DNA from: Takakia lepidozioides
Taxonomy: Eukaryota; Plantae; Bryophyta
NCBI GenBank assembly: GCA_030704615.1
Contig: CM060732.1
Span: 23,622,001-23,686,000 of the forward strand
Length of the DNA: 64,000 nt
Direction of reading: 5' to 3'
Shown here: in pieces, positions 58,101 to 64,000 of the stretch
How positions within the stretch are numbered: position 1 is the first letter of the stretch
Layout of the letters: each line of letters begins with the position of its first letter
Notes under the pieces: generated by a model
Told to the model about the DNA's origin: nothing
Databases searched by the model: none
The model's input: only the letters and a program-made list of their open reading frames with translations
Position numbers and translations under genes: made by a program

Positions 58101-60344
58101 AAAGAAAATGAGTCGTCATGCTCCTTACATACAGGTTATTTCCTCAATGTCCCATGGAGTGTAGCAGCTTGTCAGTACCTGGGTGGGCAAGTTGCTTAAC
58201 TTACTGCTGGCAGTGAAATGTCTTTCTGACAGAGCTACTAAAAGCAGCAAAGGCCTAGGTGTTGTTTAGAAGAGCCACGGTCACATGAATCAGAGGGTCC
58301 ACAACAAATGGTGGACATAGACTGTATCATAATAGGTAAAATTGGGCCTTTCTCCAATGCTATTGGCATGTGACGTGGGTGGATTGTCAGAGATTGCGAT
58401 TAAGCGGCAATGACTTGGGAGATGGCAGCATCAGCTGGAAGGATCTCTCTTCTTTGGGTCACCTTTCTGCATTGGCCCTTGATTACAACTCGTGAGTTTC
58501 TTCATCTCTCTCTTTCTCCCTTTTGTCTCATTATTTCAAGGTAAGTCTTACTACCGACATCAGTCCCTGATAAAGGTAGGTTCTGTCCCTTCGTGTTCCG
58601 CTCACTGGGTGCGAGGTCAATCGCCACAAGGCTACGGCAAACAACGTCTTATGAGTACATTCTCTCTCGTCTCATGAGTATAATCTCTCTTATAGATTAT
58701 TAAATTATGAAAACAAATTCCGGTGGCACTTTTAGAGAAGCTTTAACTGGTATACAGTGATTGAAATTTGGGGTTTAAACTTTAAATGTTGGGCAACAAG
58801 CAGTTGAATCAGTGCTTAGGCCATACTTGAGAGGAGTCTAGGCACTGAGTTTGTAGCAGGAACTTGCCACTTCCATTTCATATCTCCTGTGAAATGGATG
58901 CAAGCACTATATTTGAATTCAGTGCGCATCCTTCTATGGAATTATGTTTGAACAAGCACTGTTGATGGTAGGGAACCTTGAATTGTTCATTCAGAGAAGC
59001 ACCTGTTAAAAGTGCGTTAGTGATCTTGCTACAGCAGTGACTTGTGCTTTGAAGATTAAAGTTTGGTTGGGGTATCTGTGGCAGACTTACAGTGCTCCCC
59101 CCAGAAATTGGACAGCTTTTAGCACTCAAGTACTTGAGTGTCTCACACAACCAGTTGACATACTTGCCTAATGAACTTGGTAACCTTTCGCAGCTGGAGA
59201 AGTTGGATGTGAGTCACAATCGGTGAGAGACTGGTGCTCTCCAGACTCTGTTTGTCACATTTAGTTACATGATAATGGATTGGAAGATCTTTTTTGTCGT
59301 GTTGCTGATATCCTCCAAATTTCACACATGAGCATTTCACCACATTTGCTGGACGTAGATCCCTTCTAAATTTGGATGAATGCTTTCTCTATTGTAGCTT
59401 TCTGGAGCTTAGGTGTCCAAGATTTATAAAAGTTTATGATCTATGCAGGATCACTGAGGTCCCTTCAAGCTTGGGCGACTGTTTGAAGCTTGTGGAGGTG
59501 GGTAAATCTATACTGATGTTTTCCCATCCCGAAGTGACTTGGCTCTTGTAGGCTGTGACACTCAGTTTTAGTTATGCAACTTTGAAAGTTTACTTGTTAG
59601 TTTTTCATACTAATTGTTGGTTTGATTCTGTGTGGGATTGTAGATCAATTTTTCTGCAAACTGCCTGACAACAATTCCACCCTCCTTTGGCCAGCTGCTG
59701 TCTCTGAAGGTTTCCACTTTCAACTTCTTGTCTCGTTCTTACTGTTTTCTTGAAGCCCTCAGTGAATGAAGCAGACAACGGAAATTTTCCATAATGCTTC
59801 AAATTTCTTTTTTTTTGTGTGCAGATTTTTCTTCTGGACAACAACGCCCTAAGAGATTTTCCAGCAGAAGTGCTACAGGGGTGCTCTGAGCTCAAGACTC
59901 TGTCGGTTCACTGGAATGAACTCACCATGGATGATCTTCGACAGGTATGAACAACTCTTGTGGACTGTTCAGTTAGATGGGGCATTGCCAACCTTGAACC
60001 AGATTCAACATAAACCATCAAATCTTTTAGTGCTGAAGGCCAAATCTCTAACTTTGTGACACTGCACCCTTGGTCTGGGAATCTAAACCACCGGGTTTAC
60101 CATGTTGCATGTTGCAGAGAGTACCACAGTATTTGAATTTTATACAATACTCCATGCGGTATGCTAATGAAACAGCTGCAGTGTAGTAACCCTTTGAAAT
60201 TTCTCATGATGCCAGGTGGATGGTTGGGATGAATTCAATCAACGAAGGAAGGACAAGTATAACAAGCAGATGGACTTCCGTGTGATTGGTTCATCAAGTG
60301 GCTTCGACGAGGGTGCTGATACTGAACAGTGGCAACGCTGGTGA
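55101..60344 (+). CDS. Ubiquitin-like domain + LRR protein (At2g30105-like), about 10 exons
   Basis: UBL: ITITVKFG..QKLIFKG|KVL..KIMLM; LRR exons at ~57851-57961, 58391-58490, 59084-59222, 59449-59497, 59644-59710, 59825-59944; last exon 60216-60344 VDGWDEFNQRRKDKYNKQMDF..FDEGAD. Confidence 0.88.
56110..57640. repeat. ~310-bp inverted repeat pair in introns 2 and 3 (56110-56421 / 57326-57640)
   Basis: The two copies are highly similar reverse complements; both translate to PTEIVDFV..LWMKPHHCSRADRF on opposite strands. Confidence 0.93.
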
Positions 60345-63059
60345 CAAAACCTTTGCAACAAGATTTAAGGAATTTGTATAATTTGTTTTTGTAATTTTAT
60401 TTTTGAAATGTTGCGGGCTCATGAGGCTAGCTTAGGTCAGGTTTGACTATCCACCAAGTCAGAATTTCTTACATGCTGCTTCTGAGCCTGTAGTGTTCAC
60501 GGTCAAGAACAGTGCACTAGTATTTGACCTCGTGCAAATGAAAGATTTTGTAGTGGGTGAAAGCTGACTAGAGTGGATTCCTATGAAGTTAGCAGTTGTT
60601 ATCCATTGAAACCTCATAAAAATCAGCACTAGTCTCCCACGCATCAGCTCTCTTGTCATAGATTGCATCGTAATGATGAAGACTCACAGGCACTGCAGAC
60701 ACTCTGATCGATCATAGGATATACTGCTTGTAAGTTGTGACGGATGAGCACTGCACGATGATGGGATTTATCAGCAGAGTGAGGATGTTGAAGGCTTGAT
60801 ATTATCGTGAATAGTGATGTCCCTCCTGGTACGTTGTAGACATCAGACTTTCTATCTTTTTGGGAGATTGTGCATTTTGAAAGAGAGATGACTGTCTTCG
60901 CATTCAGCAAGTCATTGTTTACCATGTCTACATGCGAACCTGAAGCAATACAACATGGACAAGTAATTGGCAATTCTAATTCGTAGGAGCTGACTCCTCC
61001 AATGTACATTTGTAATGAGAATGGGAGAACGGACTTTTCTACATCACGACAAACAAAGGTAGGCCATTGAATTTTATTACATTCTTTGAGATACGATTGG
61101 GAATACATATGACAAAATTAATCTGTTTGCAGTGATACCCAGTCACTTCTTTCAGTTTGTCACTTGCTGATTGAATGCTCCATCATGCTGTAACTTTCTG
61201 ATCTTTTGCAGCAACACTGGAAACCATATTGTAGAGAGGTCGTCAGGTCCTTGTTCACTACATTTAAGGAGACACCACACATAGGACTTAATGTTTAAGT
61301 CATGTTGTGTTCTAGCTTGACTTGGAGGAGATGTGGCGTAACACATTATGAAAATTGAATCGGGGATCTATAGAGCCATCTTGCCAAGTTGAGTAATTAT
61401 GCTTCGCCCACTCGGACAGCAGATCCTGGATTGGATTGCATTAGTAGGCATCAGTGGTCCTCTTAACTTAAACTCCTCAAAATCTCATTTGCATGCATTG
61501 GAAAGTGGATTAGAGACAAAGGATCTCAAAGAGGTAATCATCACATACCTGAGAAAAGAAAACTGGTAAAAAAAAGCTACCCAATAATTGCATTCTCAAG
61601 CAACACCATGCCTTAGTTCATAGCACTCAGTCACTTTGCTGCTAGGATGTGAACATGATTCCCCCAGCAAGAGACTTAATGCAACGAACACTCAACTAAG
61701 AGGGGATGGTTGGTTCTCTGATAATCCAGCCAGGCATGAAGTGTCCCTATCTCTGCTTATAGAACTGTTTTTGTCAACCTCAAAGTTACATCAATTCACC
61801 TTGCCTCATCATATCTTTTAATGTCCTGCTTCAATCAGAGCAGGATTTCACAATTTCATGGGAAACTAACCCTTGACATTTTAATGACCAAGGGACCTTC
61901 ATTCCTACAGAACCGAAGAACTACTGTGGCACTGAAATAGAAGCCAAAAGGACTACACCAGCTTGGAATGAAGGTGAAATTCTTCAAGGAACTTTATAGA
62001 GTTGAGAGAGAAAGTAAATTTAATTTAGGTTGCCTTCCAATCTATGACCACATTCAAGAAGCAAAAGACAATCTAACCCTCGCTGAGGTTCTTTAAGGGT
62101 TAAGCACAAAACAAACGGCAGTCCTTGACATCAGCTATAAAAGCAGCTTTACAAAGAACGTGATAGTACAAAGAAACACAATTTCTTCATGTCAGCTTTT
62201 GTATTCCAAGTTTTGATCAATTACAGAACAAAACCTCCAATGCGCAATCAGCTACATGCAAACTTCAAAGCAGCCCCTCTCCGGACTACCATGTGCTTGA
62301 GAACTCCACATCGATTGAACTTTTAATATACGCATACAAAAACAGATCTTGCCAAGTTGTCTGTTGGTCTTGAACATAAATTATAATTCACCGCATGGGC
62401 AATTTCAACCAGGTTGTCCCCCTCATGCGTCGTCTTGTTGAGCCGGTACATTCCCCTTTCTATCATATTGAGCATCGGTTATGATGGTCTATACTTAATT
62501 TGTTCTTTTTTGGTTAGATAATTCATAAATTTCTCCCACTTTGATGCTGCATTTTGGGCTGTCTGCCAACCTTCCAAATGAGTGTTGTTTGTGCATCTGC
62601 TAAGCATATTGTTCGTCCACAGCCGGTACTACAACTTGGCATTAGCCACAAGCTTATCACATGTTTTCATCACGTCCTAAAGTTTGGCCTCAAGCTTGGA
62701 TTTCAAATCCTCAAGCTTCGGTTTCAAGGTTCACCCCTTGAAATCCGCTTTCATTTCCTTCTTACACTGCTATGATAGCCATTCCCAATACCTTGAAATC
62801 TCAATAAAACCTTGAAAATTTTTAAAACCCTAACTTTAGAACCATGAAGTAATTGACAGGTATCTATAACAATTGGCCCAGTCTTGTATCCCTCGATGGA
62901 ACCTGTACATCATAGTAGAGATTTTAAAATTTGATGATGATGTGAGCTTTTTGTCACCTCGTTACGACAAACTTTTAATGTCCTATTGCAATACGAGTTG
63001 CCCATTTCATCACTTTATTGCATTGACACTTTATTACATGAAAGTGGCGTCTGCTGATC

Positions 63060-63985
63060 GATGACGCTTGTATCCCTTTCGCCAGATCGTACACTATTTG
63101 AATCATTCAATTCGGTGCTTATACAAGGCTCAGATTCTAGTTTTTTTACAATCTCACTACATGCCAAATTCCTGATCAATCTAGTAGAGACTTCTAAAAA
63201 CACTCGAGCAACATGTACCATCTCCACTTCCCGCGATCTCATCATACGTTTCCAGATGGAACTCTTTCCAAATCCATTCCACTGTTTTTTAACCAGTACA
63301 ATCCAATTGGCAGAAGGAAAATATTGATCAGACGTCATCATATGGAGGAGAACACGCAGCAGCGTTGAATTCAATTGCCCTCTCATTTGTATTTGCACCA
63401 CATACGTGCTCTCTCCAAAACATTTTGGTGTGAGAGGTAAACATTTGTTTTTCCGACGTAGGCACCAAACTCTGTATATTCATCCCTTCCATCTTGCACC
63501 TCCCCATCGCAAACGTTCACGTAGACGAAGCGAAAATCTGGTTCGTTCATGTCTTTCAGACATTACCCAATCATGCCAATATATGTGTGTAGGCCTTTGC
63601 CTCGTAATAGCTTGCACTGCACATAATGCCCGGCTGGTGCAGATTTTGGATTGTCCCACCCTAAAGCGTTTTTAATTTGTTTGTTCAGCATAATCAAACT
63701 CGAGACGTGAACTTTACACACCATTTGTAAATGGCCATGAAACAAAGTCCCTCCTCTCTCTAGTGAACAAACACCTGACATGCATCGTGTTCCTAGAAAA
63801 CGTTCCATTTTTTAGAGACAACCTGGATCAATGTCTGCTCCTGCTACCGCTATAGTGACGCTTACTTCAAGTATTTTTTTTCCTAGGCGTCTATTTGCAA
63901 TGGCCTTATCTCTAGCCAACATTTTCATGGACTCAATTTTTACAGGACCTGCGTCGACACCTTCTGTATGACCCTTTCTCACCAT
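63060..63985 (-). pseudogene. Replitron-like HUH endonuclease transposase (decayed)
   Basis: VSVTI (motif 1); ERGGTLFHGHLQ (HUH); GLHTYIGMIG*CLKD, where the expected catalytic Tyr codon reads TAA (63563-63565); no helicase motifs seen. Confidence 0.78.
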
Positions 63986-64000
63986 GATTGCTATCCAGTC

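Noticed and set aside
60400-62800. Short ORFs downstream of the LRR gene
   Set aside because: No recognisable motifs or exon structure

Overview
Eukaryotic, intron-containing, TE-rich land-plant DNA, most likely from a bryophyte. That assignment is inferred from a PTB-type phosphate transporter, a Tcn1-like chromovirus and a Replitron. There are three apparently intact host genes: a single-exon PiT/PHO4-family phosphate transporter (34134-35921, -), a multi-exon FtsH7/9-type protease (45738-53727, -) and a divergently transcribed ubiquitin-like + LRR gene (55101-60344, +). The first ~33 kb is a pile of nested transposons: hAT-type and piggyBac-type MITEs, L1 fragments, two nested Ty3/gypsy chromoviruses, and a Mutator-like (MULE) transposase element next to a piggyBac remnant. 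The most unusual feature is a ~5.2 kb TIR-bounded element (37781-42938). It carries a decayed, spliced gene with an N-terminal ParB/Srx-like motif and a C-terminal beta-class N6-adenine/N4-cytosine DNA methyltransferase-like fold. Its termini match the end of the neighbouring MULE transposase element, which suggests a plant DNA-transposon family carrying a prokaryote-type DNA-modification module. A decayed Replitron HUH transposase ends the window. All calls come from reading motifs by eye; no database searches were run.
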